64,000 nucleotides of DNA from Trichinella spiralis (Eukaryota): the NCBI RefSeq assembly GCF_000181795.1, contig NW_003526943.1:9408849-9472848 (forward strand), in the 5' to 3' direction. Positions 1 through 12,604 of the stretch are shown here, one piece after another. Under the pieces are notes generated by a model. It made no database searches. It saw only the letters and a program-made list of their open reading frames with translations, and was not told the DNA's origin. Each line of letters begins with the position of its first letter. The first letter of the stretch is position 1. The position numbers and the translations under genes were made by a program.

Positions 1-19
1 GTATAACAANNNNNNNNNN

Positions 20-3000
20 AAAAAATTAAATAAAAAATATTGTTGTATGCTTGAAATAGCACACATTACATCAAAAGCAATTTGCAAAAAAATACTTTTG
101 ATTTAAAGCCTTATGTGTTATGCTTTTAATTTTACAAAAAAATCAGCGTTAAAACAGCCGCTCACAGATAAATAATATGTAGCTGCTGTTTGCTGAAAAA
201 ATATAATAATGAATTTTCTCATAAATTTAACAAAGATTTTATCTTCTTAACTATGTATAATGGTTGCTACTACGATCCGTTGTTTGTGATTGCTAGAAAA
301 ATTGAAAGCAGGAAGAGTATTTTGAAATTTACAGACTGAAGCTGTATAATAAATAAATTTATCCAAAAATTAAATTTGAAGAAGCATCACGTTCAACTGC
401 AAACAACGATAAGTTTTTCTTACTTAACAAATGCTGATTTTGAACGATGAATAATATCATTAGAATATTTTATTTTTCAATTATCACGAATTCCCCTAAG
501 GATATCAGTGGTAAATGAAGTAAACGAGATTTGAAGATAAATATTTTTTTGTCGTGTTGTCAAGAATATGGACGTTAGTAGTGAAAAAAATGTTTTATAG
601 AAGAACAGTAATAAACTCTTATTTAGGTGTATGTATGTTTTAATAATTTGAAATAGATGCTTACCCAACAGAATGAGTTGCTTCTTCAAAGCGAGCTCGA
701 GCAACTTCATTTGAAAGAACCGTCTCAGGACATTTCGTATCAGTCAAGTAGAGATAATTCAAATCTGAACGCCAGCAAGCTCTCAATTCTTTCACCCTTT
801 CGCAGTCCACTTTAGCATTGAGAGCTATGTGGAAAAAAATCAACACCAAGCCAACCCACGTTGCCACCATCGATGCAGATGACGAAGTGGAAGAATTTGA
901 CAATTTTCAGCTCGCCTTTTTTAAAACCTTTCCTCCCCACCCCCTTCCTTCTCTATTCTGTGGAAATCTATTCCATTATCAACAATCTGACAAACAATCG
1001 TCGACTGATAGCAACATTTGTCCAATCGCTTAACTCGCTATCATTCCCAAACACTGCTATCATTAATAAGCAGTACTGGCAATAATATATCAACTTTTGG
1101 AAATGATAATTTTTCTTCAAAAAACAGAGATGCCATTGTTAATATTTTCCTCTAAAATCTAATATACTTTATTTTTATCAACTGCAATTATAGAATATCA
1201 TAATTGTGGAAATAATTTATCTGTTTGATGCAAAGAATTTTTATCATCACAGTGTTTTATTTATTATCTGCATTATTATTATCAGCAGTTGTCATGTATG
1301 TAACTTTAGTAAAATTGAACTAATGTCAATTGCAATGGCTAACCTGCAAAAAGCAGGCTGTTTGTTTGAACAAGATTTGCAGCATGTATAAAAATAGTCA
1401 TGATGTAGCAGATTTAAAAGTAATTTCATTTTCCTGTATGTCTGGTGCTTGTTCGACGGCAGATTGCAGCCATTCTCCATGTATACGCATTTCGCTGCAG
1501 TTTGTTCTATTCAACTCATAAGCATCACCCGGAATGAAAGTTGACCGTTGCGTCAAGCTTCGCAATGGCTGAATTAGGTGCACAGATTTTTAGTGTGTTT
1601 GCAGAGGACTAGTGGTTATTCAATTTGTCTCAGTACTGCTGTCTTTTATTTTGGGATAAGGCTGAAACGTTATTTTGGGATATTTTTCAAAGAATATGCA
1701 GTTTTAATTGCTAGCGCAGTAAGAAGTTAGTTAATCAGTGAAATTCTTGTTTGTTGAATGCAATCAGCTTTCACTTTAGCAGAGAAATTGTTTTCTTCAG
1801 CGCGCGCTTTAGATTTCATTTTTGCCTGCTGTTGCTGTCAGTTTGGCCATCTCATTGCCTTAGATGTTCACTAATGATTTACTACTATGATGTACATGAT
1901 TTTCACATGAAATCAATATGTATTTTTTGAATTACTATAATAGAGTTAATGAAAAAGTTAATTCAAAGCACATTTACGTGATAGAACATTTAAAATATGA
2001 TGAATATTCCATATTCCATGTGAGATCAACTTTAAATTCAGTTTATTTCCTCTCATCATCCCGTGAGTCCTCACGTATTAGAATAATTCTGACACGAAAC
2101 ATGTTTTTTTCAAAGTAAAATTAGTTTATTCATTTCATATCAGAAATCCACTATTTCATAGTTGTCATATATAGCAAAGAAATTTGAGAAGCAGGCTCAC
2201 TGTAAAAGGACTGAAAATTTTGTTCATAATATGGATCTGGTGGAGAAGGTTTTCAGATGAAATACATCTATAGATGATGTACTGTAAAAGAACGGGGCAC
2301 CATTAAAGAAAGTTGCGTCACACGAAAACGCCAGCGTGGATTATCTATTTTTTGACTTGGCAGAAAAGTTACACTAATAAGTAACACGAAAAAAAACATA
2401 TTATATAAGTGCATCATGTTTGCAAATACTAATATGAAATAATTTTAATCAACATAAAATGCAAATTCAAAAAAATTGTTTGATAAACTCAATTTATTTA
2501 AAAAATATGAATACAGTATATTTCATAAGAAAACCTGAAAATCCACAGTATTGCAGACTTCGTGCTTAATTTGGCTTTTTGAAATAAGGATCATTATTTC
2601 TCATAAACGAAACTTCTGCTGTGTTACTTTTTAAATAAAGAAAGAAATACCGTGAACAGTTCGTGATCAGTTTTTTGCTTTCTTAAATACAAATAACAAG
2701 CACAACTTGTTGTCCAAATCTGTGAAAGATATTTTCAAAGCGTCGTGCCAGAGGAGGTGAGTGAGAGACTTAATTTTTCTTCAGTGTTGCTTATTAGCGA
2801 CTAATAAATTTTTATTTTTTGGTGGAGAAGTATAAAAAAGAAATATAAACTATTGGCAAAATGCCAAAATTAATAGTCTACTGAAACTGCTGCAAGGCAG
2901 TTTTGTAACAATTCAAGACGTTGCCTTATGTTTGCCTTATGTTGTTGTCCATTTAGGTTGTTTTTATTTATTTGTCAGTTGTTGCTATTCTGTTCCATTT

Positions 3001-3764
3001 CAACTTCGGCATGGATCCAATATCCTGCCCTGGTTCCAATTTTCCATATTTATGCGAAGCGATCCATGCGTTCATTTTGCGTAATAAGAACATGTCCAAT
3101 GATCAGTGGCAGAAGTTTAGAATAAAGCTGTGGGATATGACAGATAAGGAAAGCACGGTTGATTGTGCAATTTTGAAAACACTGCAAATGAAATCCCTCT
3201 TCCAGCATGGAGTTTCTTATATCCGATACTTATTCACCATTGGCTTGCACGATGTATATACCGTCCAATATGCAGTGCTTGTTTTGGAACATTGTTATTT
3301 GAACAGTTTTGAACATTTCGACTTAGAGCTGGCCATTCAACTTATGAACCATGTCCTTTCCATGGATAAAAGCTTTCCAAAATTTTTCACGGAGCAGAAG
3401 GCGATCGTTTTATGTTTATGTGGAAATTTCAAAGAATGTTCATCCATGTGGTCCACAATTTCGAACCGTTCGATCGAATGTCGCGTGATTAGCATATTTT
3501 TCATTGCCGCCTGTCGATACGAAAAGGCCCGTTGGATTTGGTCTTTGGAAATAGAGGGTCCGTTCACTTTGAGCGCTTCATGTCACATGGAGATGTTGAA
3601 ATATTTGAAAGTGGTGCTTCAGAAGAATGGTGAATTGGAAAGTTTGAAAGAATTGGACAGTTATGTGGAATTTTACGACCGAAGTCAGTGCTTAACTTTC
3701 GACGAATCTACCGTTGAATTATTCAAAAATTATTTTGCAAGGTAATATATTTCACTTAATTTGA
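20..3764 (+). repeat. ~3.7 kb direct duplicate, copy 1 (copy 2 at 41903-45623)
   Basis: Near-identical sequence and ORF set in both places; starts immediately after the N-gap at 10-19. Confidence 0.97.
665..870 (-). other. Duplicated exon 1 of the phospholipase B-like gene; downstream exons cut off by the gap
   Basis: MVATWVGLVLIFF...EATHSVG followed by a GTAAGC donor; matches exon 1 near 42540-42745 except for one H/Y change. Confidence 0.85.
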
Positions 3765-5001
3765 TGAAAGGTTATAACACAGGGGTTTTACAGTTTTTAT
3801 TTGATGCTGATTATAAATATGTTTAGATTTTTTAAAATAATTATAACAACGTCAGTTTTAAATTGAATAAAATACGGTTGAATTCTATTTTTTCGTCAAG
3901 TTTTCCAAAAATCAAATGGGCAGTCGATTGCGGAATCGTAACAGACGACGGTTGTTGTTCTTGTTGCGGTGGTCGTTTGAAGCAGTTGACAGTGTCGGAT
4001 GAAGATTTCGACTCGATGAAAGAAGAGGCATTTCGAGGAGTTCGCTTTCAAAGTCTTGCAAAAACATTTGCCAGTTTTCGACAGTTTGTTCACAAATAGA
4101 GTGAAAATATTGCATATGCAAATGAGCTGTTTTTATTGCAATTTAGATTTTTGAGTGAAAATGCGCCGTTTGACGTCGTGGTCGACGGATATACCACAGG
4201 TTCTCTTGGGGGCCCGGCCAGCAACGACGTTCAGTTGAAACGTGTAAAATTGAGAACAGAAAAAATGTTTCTTCAAATTCTACTCACTGTTTAGCTGTTT
4301 TTTTTGCTTTTCCTTTTATTTCAACAGATCGAGGATTTGATTCGTTTGTTGAAATCAGAGTTGAATTTCAAAAATGTTTTGCTTATTACGCGACAGCGTT
4401 TGATGCATTCCGATTTGTTGCATGAAATGGCAAAGCTTTATTCCGTTACCAATATGTACGTTGTTGTTTTTTGTTTTATTCATTTTAAAAATACTTCTCT
4501 CGTGATTTAATTGTCTCATTTCTTTTTTCATATGTAAATTTATTGAAAACAAAATAATTCTCTACATATACAATTGTGATGATGATGAAATTTGTAAGTG
4601 TAAATTTTTATCCAGATTTGCAAGTGATGCGTGTCTGATCGATGCTGCTTTAAATAGCGGCAAAGATTGTTACATTGTGAGCAGTGAAATGCCGAAATTG
4701 GTCTGGGATAAATTTAGTGACCAGTGTCGGCTTAATTTTTTACGTTGGAAAGAGATGCGATGGATTTGCAGCGACCATGCAGATCTGAATTCCTCACATC
4801 AGAACACGCTTCAGGTAAGTAAATTTGTTATTTTCTGTGAAAATAAAATGATGATTGTTGTTGAAGATGCCGAAACCACTGTGCCCCAATGCGGAGAAGA
4901 ATGGTGATCACGGATATCACTTTCGTTTTGTGCTCACTGGAAATGACGATACTAATAACAAGACGAAAAATATTATGTGTGTTCGAATTTTAAAGGAATA
5001 A
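3011..5001 (+). CDS. PRORP: Protein-only RNase P (PRORP/MRPP3)-like protein, divergent; 6 exons
   Basis: Hand-spliced exons 3011-3741, 3901-4083, 4147-4243, 4328-4455, 4616-4814, 4867-5001, all GT-AG and phase-consistent. The product has a helical N-terminus, GCCSCCG (Zn), APFDVVVDG (NYN motif), AALNSGKDCYIVS, and C-terminal YHF...IMC, collinear with recalled human MRPP3 motifs. Start codon uncertain. Confidence 0.85.
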
Positions 5002-7747
5002 TTTAATTTGCTGTTTATTATTTTAGTACTTGGGGAATTATTGTGTCTTCCTTTTTTGTTTTCAAAGTTTCACTTGAAATATTTTAATTTTAATAAATCG
5101 ACAGTAAATTCAGATAAGCTTAGTTCAGTCATATATCATCTGAGCAGCAGCTCAACGTCAGTCGAAAGCGTTTGCTGAACAATTACAGACAAATGTGAAG
5201 ATAACAATAGAAAATTCTTTATAGACCTTTTACAAGCCAAAAGCGAGCTTGATCAAGTCCAACAAACCTCTCAAACCGTCTTGCAAATCAGCGACTGTTT
5301 GCAACTGATCTGATGAACGATATCTACAAATGGATTGCAGAATACGCTATTAACATTTTGATAAGGGAGACGCTTGGATTTGTATTTTTATAAATGTAAA
5401 GAAACACATTGTGATACTTGAAATAAAGAAATGGAAACTTGAAAAGATATTCAAATGTATCATCAATAGCGTATGTTCGTTATTTATTTGTTTATTCGAT
5501 ATTGCTTTTTAAGCATATTTTTATAAAAGTTATTTGTAATGACCATAAATATTAAAACAAGTTATTTATGAAAAGAAATTCCAAGTGCTTTGAATAAATT
5601 GAATTTTAAGCTGTTTATTTACACAAAAATGAAACAGAAGCAGAAGATGTGCCAGTTTACTTGGATGCGCAACAGTCAAGTATGACCAACTGATAAATTT
5701 GTACACGTTTTTCGACGTTTCATGTGCACTGCTGCAGATCCTACAGTTTGACAATTGTTGCATATGCTGAAAAGATTTTGAAATAATGAATTATATCGAA
5801 ATTTATTACGGAAATGATCCTCATAATGCGATGGTTGCTGCGCATTGTTCATCCAATCAATCGTCTTTCAAGACTCCTTTCAAAAGATCAATAAAAATTT
5901 AAGCAATCGCGTGAAGCGTAGATTTGAAAAGAAAGTCAGCAGGATTTGTTTAGAAAGTGAACAGTATCCAGAAACTAAAGTAAGAAAATCACATTGCTGT
6001 TGGCCACCACTTTACTGACAGTTAATTCAGACGGGCAGCTTAGTAGCATTGCTTTAATACTTTTAGTTGCAGTGCACGATTGACGAAAGACTGCTGCTTT
6101 AGAATGTACATCGTGCAGATATGAGGACCTATTATTTACACAGAAGGTTAGCATAATCAGCTGAAAGAGATAGTGGGAGAACATCAGCTTGAACTTTTCG
6201 AACTCCAGCATCTGTTGATCACAGAGCAAGATGCAATGTGCAATGTGACTCTAACAGATACTATTAGAAAACGTTGTCCCTGATCACTTAAGGTTAGTAA
6301 CTGTTCCCGGTAGAAAAACACAGTCATTGTCCCGATATATAGTTGGATACTTCTGCTGTCGGTATACGACAGAGCTCCTCTCAGTTCTATCCCACACACC
6401 GCATGAACTGATCATTTACCTTTTACGTAATAATTTCATTATATATTCCATTCATGTATTTCACTATTTTTTAAATATCATTTTATTGTTGATATTTTTT
6501 GATGTTTTGTGTTGTTCACTGTTCTTGTTGTTGAATAATGAGTTGTCTTTTCAAAAACATCAAATGGTACAAGCAAATCTTCATACTAGAAAATCTCATC
6601 AGTTGATTGACTGTTTTGTCGTGTTGTATTGACTGATTTTTAATATTAACTTCCCATATGGCCTTATTATCAATGAAATACATAACAGTATCAGATCATT
6701 AAAAATTATGAAACGCACATCAACTAAAATATAAAAATATAGAAGTGAAAACAATACTGCTATGGATTTAAAAACAGTGTTTCTATTTATATGTGAACAA
6801 TTTAAACTTCATAATGCGTGAATAAATAATTTCAAGAAAATTCAGAAATATTGAAAATTCAATTTTAAAGTTATGAAAATTGTAAAAGAAATTATTTTGA
6901 CAAATGAAACCTGAAATACTGCAGCCATTCACAATAATGAGTTATAAGCTAATGAAACATTAAACATTTTTTGGCTAATAAAATCTCGAGTCGTAGAGAC
7001 CAATAAAAAGTATATATGCAAGAGTGAATCACACTAAAAGCATTTTGAGCCAGTGAGCAAATAGAGCTAATGAAAAAATTAGTTGAGTTAGAGCACATGG
7101 GAATAACTAAACAAGTGATAATAATGAAAACTAAAAAGTAAAAAAAATCACAAATATATAAAAAAGAGGAAAGCTAAAATGGTGGAACCTTAACAAGTAG
7201 TAGGAAGGTCATTATATCAATGGTATCTAGCCAATCAAGGCTCAAAAAATCTGACCACTCAGAGAGAGACTCCAGAGTTTTATATGTGCTCACATTGTAT
7301 GTTACTGTCATTTAAAACCCCAATATTGGTAGTGAATATCAGTTTCGAATTTGAATTATAATTTATTTCATTAAATATTTTACTGCAATACTAACGCAGA
7401 TGTATATTTAATACTTTATTATTGATCATACTGTAAGGCAAACAATTTGTATTGTTATAGAATAACCATTTTGTCAGATGAATTAAAAATTGTTTTTGAA
7501 AGTTAGGTTGGAAAGTTTAGATTGATCAAACATTTTTTTCAAAATACTGATTTTTGTTTTTTCATCGTAAAATGTGTTGAATTAATTTCAACCTTATTGT
7601 TTTACTTTTTTTCATTTGCTTTTCATTTTATCGTTTTCTGTTCTTTTTATTATTTATTGAATTATTATGGTAGATAGCGCAAAAATTAAAACTAAAATGA
7701 AACAAAGAAAAGTTTTTAAATAAAGTGGTCATTTGTTATAGTGTAAA

Positions 7748-8183
7748 ATGGCTTTGAGCTCTTCGAGTAGTAATACAGAAGATTCGGAGTAAGTGATCTG
7801 TAACAATATTTTGCTGTTAGTTTTAAACTTTTACAAATCTTTTAGCAATAGATTGCTGTATATTGATGAATTGACGGAGATAGTTCACACTGTTCAGTCT
7901 ACAATTTTGCATCGTATTTATCGAAAAATGAAAATGAATAAATTACATAAACATCACAAGCATGGAATAAGCTCCTGCATTCAAGCGGTAAAAAATGTTA
8001 AAGAAGAAATGTAAGTGTTGACAGTTGTGATTATTTGCTGTTTTCTATTTATTTATATTCAGATTAGTTGTTCTAATATAAATTTTTTGAGTTTGACATT
8101 TGCTGCTTTTATTTTCTAGTGAAAAAGGAGACTCGAACAGCCTTTCAATGGCAAATGGTACTTGTTCAAAAACTGGCAGATGA
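7748..8183 (+). CDS. Small hypothetical protein (~90 aa), 3 exons
   Basis: Exons 7748-7788, 7846-8010, 8120-8183 with two GTAAGT donors, TAG acceptors and matching phase-2 junctions; no recognisable domain. Confidence 0.5.
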
Positions 8184-9805
8184 TAGTTATTTATTGAGCA
8201 CATTTATTACTTTGTGTTAATCATGCTATTGCATAGCTCATTGTTTTATTCATTTTTTTATGATTTAATATTATTTATATTTATATTTATATTTATATGA
8301 CAAATAACATCTTTTCGATAAGAATCTTGTTAGCACTTAAATACTGCCTTGTGAATTTACATTATCACTGTTGTTATTTAATTAAACAAATGAAGTCAAA
8401 CTAGTAAGTTCTCTTTTTGAAAAAATGTGCGCCTAATTTATCATTGACGTTAAATAGTCGAATTATATCCACACAATAAGCTATCACACTAAAGTATTTG
8501 ATGACAGTAAATCATAATTGCATAATTAAAAAAGCAAAAATAATCACGTCCTTAAAGTTTAAAGTTTGCTGCTCATGCTCACCTGTGATACCAATGAATG
8601 AAAAACTTCATAAATGGTAATGCCCAGTGATTCAATGCAAAATTCATAATCATGATTCATAATAAAAAAGATCTGTAATTAACTTTTCATTGTTTTTAAA
8701 GCGGGGTTTATTTTAATAGCTTGAATGAGACCGTTTAATTTTTATAAACTAATGTTTATGATTTGCTGACAGTTACAATTTTTATGTACTTCACGTACAG
8801 TTAGGTAGATTCAAAATTACTTTGAAATCAGATGAGATGACATAAAAAGACAGATGATGTTGAATTTACATTTATTGAATGTAAAAGCTAATATCATTTA
8901 TGATGACTAGATTGAATCTGCTAATTGTGGGTGTATCACAGTGCAGATCTAACAACAGTTGTTTGCTTTTCAAAATTTGCAAATTTATGTGAAACCGAGA
9001 TAAAGCGTTTCCCACTCAAAATATGTAAAGCGAACGTGAACACATAATTTAGCATATAAACTTTGTGCAGTCTGCTGTATGTGTCACAGTTTTGAAACAT
9101 TTCTCGGAAAATCAATTCCACTGGTGATGCATATTAAGAACAACAAATAATAAGAACGAATGATTCTGAAATTTTTTGTCTATTTCAAATGTTTATTCAA
9201 TAAGTTGTTACAAAATTGCACAGCATGATACGATAAATATTCTTTCATCACGAACTGCAATATCACCTAAAATTCATTCTCCTTGTCATTGGATCTGAAA
9301 ATTTTTCCATAACACATTTTATTATGGAGTCCCATTTAAACATTTAAAGCGCATTAGCGCACTCAATTCAACTACAATCCAATTAAACGGTCGACAGCAA
9401 TTTTACTCCATAAAATACAAATCAAAATCAGTCATTTCTTTTCAGTTTGGCCAAAGTTTTATAACAACAAACAAAAAAATCGGTCTACTAGACCATAATG
9501 ATAAGTTATAAATTTCAAAAACAAAATTTCAGAATTTGAGTTTTCACCAAAAAACGCTGCCGTCTTTCCATTGGTTTACTGTCATTTAAACGAACGAAGC
9601 ATACATATAGTTGTCCCAGAAAAATCACTGTTATTTACTGTCAAGAAAAACACAAAAATGTGATAACGTACTATTCGAAAAAGTACAAACAATGTAGCAA
9701 ATTTATAAAATGCACAATTAATATATACTGAAATTGTTTACAGTCAAAGCAAAACAAAAGCTTGGATTAATCAAAATTATTACTTATGGCCAATACTGAA
9801 AAAAT

Positions 9806-10576
9806 TCAATCCAAATCCACGATAGGATCCCATGCATCAGATGTAGTAGGACCAGAGTGTGAAGCAGCTCTTGCTCGAGACTGCCGATTTTCGCGAGGTT
9901 TGATGCGCTTTCGACAAACTGGGCAGGTGTTGTGCAGCTGAAGCCATGGCACTATACAGTCGCCATGAAAACGATGACTACACGGTAAAAGTCGACAAAC
10001 ATCACCTTCTTCAAACTCTTCAAAACATACAGAACACTGGGAATGGTTTTGACACATTTCTTTAGACATCACCTCACTCGGAAGTCCGTCAATTTGCTCA
10101 CGGCTTAACGGTGGCGGACCACCTTCAAACTGATTCAACACTTGAGTAACAAAGGCATCAAATCCCATACCGGTTAATTCATCGTCAACATTTGCATTCA
10201 AAAAGAAAGGTAGCTGAAAAGGAGTGCCAGATCCATACGACACATGCACTTCAAATTCACCATTGTTTGTCAAATTATGAATGAGATTGTTTAAAAATGA
10301 ACGCAAATAAGGTGATCGCCGAGTTCTTCCACTTCCATGGCCAAGTGGCAGCCGAAAGTCCATTCCTTCGGTATTTTCCACTGATGGTGTATCTTCTGGA
10401 TTACTTTCTACCTTTTCCAAAAAACCAAGACCACAAGTTGGACATTTAAATTCTTCGTCCACTTCGTTGACGTGGCGAGAGCATTTATAACAATAGTACC
10501 AACTTGTAGTGGTAGAATTTTGCGAATTGGCAGAATTTTGTGCATCGGTATTTCTATTCGATCCTGAAGCATCCAT
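9806..10576 (-). CDS. RNF126: RING-H2 E3 ubiquitin ligase, RNF126/RNF115-like
   Basis: N-terminal C4 zinc ribbon (YYCYKC...[12 protein letters not shown]), QLNQ-type/GPPP segment, RING-H2 CSVC...[26 protein letters not shown]; single coding exon. Confidence 0.92.
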   Translation of the reverse strand: MDASGSNRNTDAQNSANSQNSTTTSWYYCYKCSRHVNEVDEEFKCPTCGLGFLEKVESNPEDTPSVENTEGMDFRLPLGHGSGRTRRSPYLRSFLNNLIHNLTNNGEFEVHVSYGSGTPFQLPFFLNANVDDELTGMGFDAFVTQVLNQFEGGPPPLSREQIDGLPSEVMSKEMCQNHSQCSVCFEEFEEGDVCRLLPCSHRFHGDCIVPWLQLHNTCPVCRKRIKPRENRQSRARAASHSGPTTSDAWDPIVDLD

Positions 10577-11272
10577 TTCTAAAATATTTCTAAAAAAGAC
10601 CTTGGAAGTCTACAAACATAAAACAAAAAAAAATATTTAGAACAATTTCAGAAACAAAAAATTCATGCAAAACACAATCAAAGACAGATACTTAATAGTA
10701 GCATTTACGCATCTTTAGTCACAGTTCATTATATTAGAAAACAATTTACCTTCCAAAACAAAAACCAATTCAAAATTTACAAGAAAAATCGACTGCCAAA
10801 GAAAAAGAATGTGTGCTAAAGGCACACAGAAATACTGTACCAACACAAGATACCTGTAAAAATAAGTAAGAATAATTTTGATTACTGTATTTAACCTTAT
10901 TAAGAAATTAAAGTCAGAATGATTAGGAAGCACTATAAAAATCAAATAAGTAATTAATAAAATTTTAAATTTTATATTTTTTTGAACAAAAATAAAATAA
11001 ACTTTAATAAGTCGGTTTTTCTGGGTATTAATTTACTAATTTGTATGCATCAGTTTAGCAATTTTAGTTTAAATAATTATTATTATAATATTTATATCAT
11101 TAAATATAATTATTTTATTTAATTTTATACATATAATTAATGTTTTTATATACACAATTATTCAGTATTATTTGAGCACTAATTGCAGTATTAAAATTGA
11201 ACCTTATTTTCATTATATGTCATGGGTTTGTGTAATTTTCTTCAAAGTACTAAAACAAATTAGAAACCGTTG

Positions 11273-11758
11273 ATGATACTTCTTAACTGGAAAGAATTAC
11301 AAATCCTCTCTAAAGATAAATCTTATGACGTCGTAGAAGAAGGATACGCTTATTATCGTAAAGTGAATTCGAATGAAAAGCTTGCTAAGCTTTTCTTTAC
11401 GCTTAAAGCCAATTTGCTGTTCATTTTTTCTAAACATACAGATAAGCACCCTTTTGATGTTATATTACTTGAAGCATTTCATATAGACATATGTGAGAAT
11501 ATGTGCAATCGTATGATTCGTTTGATTCCTAAGGAAAATTCATCGAATTTGGGAATGCTAGAACTGGTGTTTCTGTCAAATGTTGAATGTGCACGTTGGA
11601 TTAATGCTTTGACAGTGTCTTCTTGCTCAGAACTTCTTTCAACTTTACGTATGTTAGAAGCGGAACTGGTAAACATTCCCTGTCTTTCCGAATCTTCGAT
11701 AACTGGCACATCTTCGGTTTCCCTTAATATGCCCTGTGCAATAGCAGACGAGCATTAA
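11273..11758 (+). CDS. PH-domain protein, PLEKHJ1/sesquipedalian(PHETA)-like
   Basis: LNWKELQILS, FTLKANLLFIF, VILLE and ECARWINAL PH-fold motifs followed by a helix; intronless ORF. Confidence 0.8.
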   Translation: MILLNWKELQILSKDKSYDVVEEGYAYYRKVNSNEKLAKLFFTLKANLLFIFSKHTDKHPFDVILLEAFHIDICENMCNRMIRLIPKENSSNLGMLELVFLSNVECARWINALTVSSCSELLSTLRMLEAELVNIPCLSESSITGTSSVSLNMPCAIADEH

Positions 11759-12490
11759 GAAAGCGAACGTGGTAACTTTGAAGCACGGCATTCAAGAATC
11801 CAAAAAAAATAAATTGATACATTTATTACAAAGTGATGTTAGCAATTTTTACCTGGCATAGTTTAATTGATTGTCAGTTTATGCTTGTGCCTGTCAATTA
11901 TTAATGAGAAAGTAAAATAAATAACATTAGAAAGTTTATTTTTGATGAAAATAAGTGTCTCTTAAATTAACACCGAAGCAACAAAATATGTAAAAGAAAC
12001 CTGATATATTTAAGGTTGTTTGAACGAAATTATCTTTGAAGCATGAAAAAAATATACAAAGAGTAGCAGTACATATATTTAAAACAATCAATTGCCATAG
12101 CTGAATGTTGGATAAAAATTATCCATCTGAAATCTGTAGAGTAGTTTAAATATATATGAACAGAGATTACTGTTATTGTAACAAAGATAGTATGGCAGTG
12201 TTGGAAAACAAAAAAAAATAAACTAGACCATGTCGAATAAAAATAAGAATCTTCGCCATGAAGTATTTTAGCGTAGAAAAACTTTGATTTTTGAAAAATA
12301 TATTAGTAGACCTACACTTCTATAGATTTTAGTTCATCGTTTAAGAATCCGAAGTGTTCTACGATGCAAACTTTATTTTTAATGCTAAATAATTCTCATT
12401 CGAGATCGTTATAGTTTTATTGATATAGTTTTTAGTTTTACAAGAAATGTAATGCGAATTTTTAAGTCTAGAAACAATGTGAAAAAGTTG

Positions 12491-12604
12491 TGACAGCGGT
12501 GGGATTCGAACCCACGCCAGTATACACTGACCAGAATGCTCAGCCCGCTGCTGCAGGAAGCTCACGCTTGAGTCTGGCGCCTTGGACCGCTCGGCCACGC
12601 TGTC
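12491..12604 (-). tRNA. tRNA-Leu(CAA) with a 30-nt intron (12537-12566)
   Basis: GACAGCG/CGCTGTC acceptor stem, CCAGA-CTCAAG-[intron]-T-TCTGG anticodon arm, long variable arm, GTTCGAATC T-loop, downstream T5 Pol III terminator. Confidence 0.97.

Noticed and set aside
2021..2042. TGAGATCA bantam/miR-81-like seed
   Set aside because: No convincing precursor hairpin; match limited to about 8 nt.
1206..2350. Short ORFs between PLBD2 exon 1 and PRORP
   Set aside because: No motifs or consistent splice model, and several ORFs differ or break between the two copies.
5229..6430. Exon-like minus-strand segments (e.g. YRSSDQLQTVADLQDGLRGLLDLIKLAFGL-stop)
   Set aside because: Could not build a stop-free spliced model or recognise a family; may be a real or decayed gene, needs RNA-seq.
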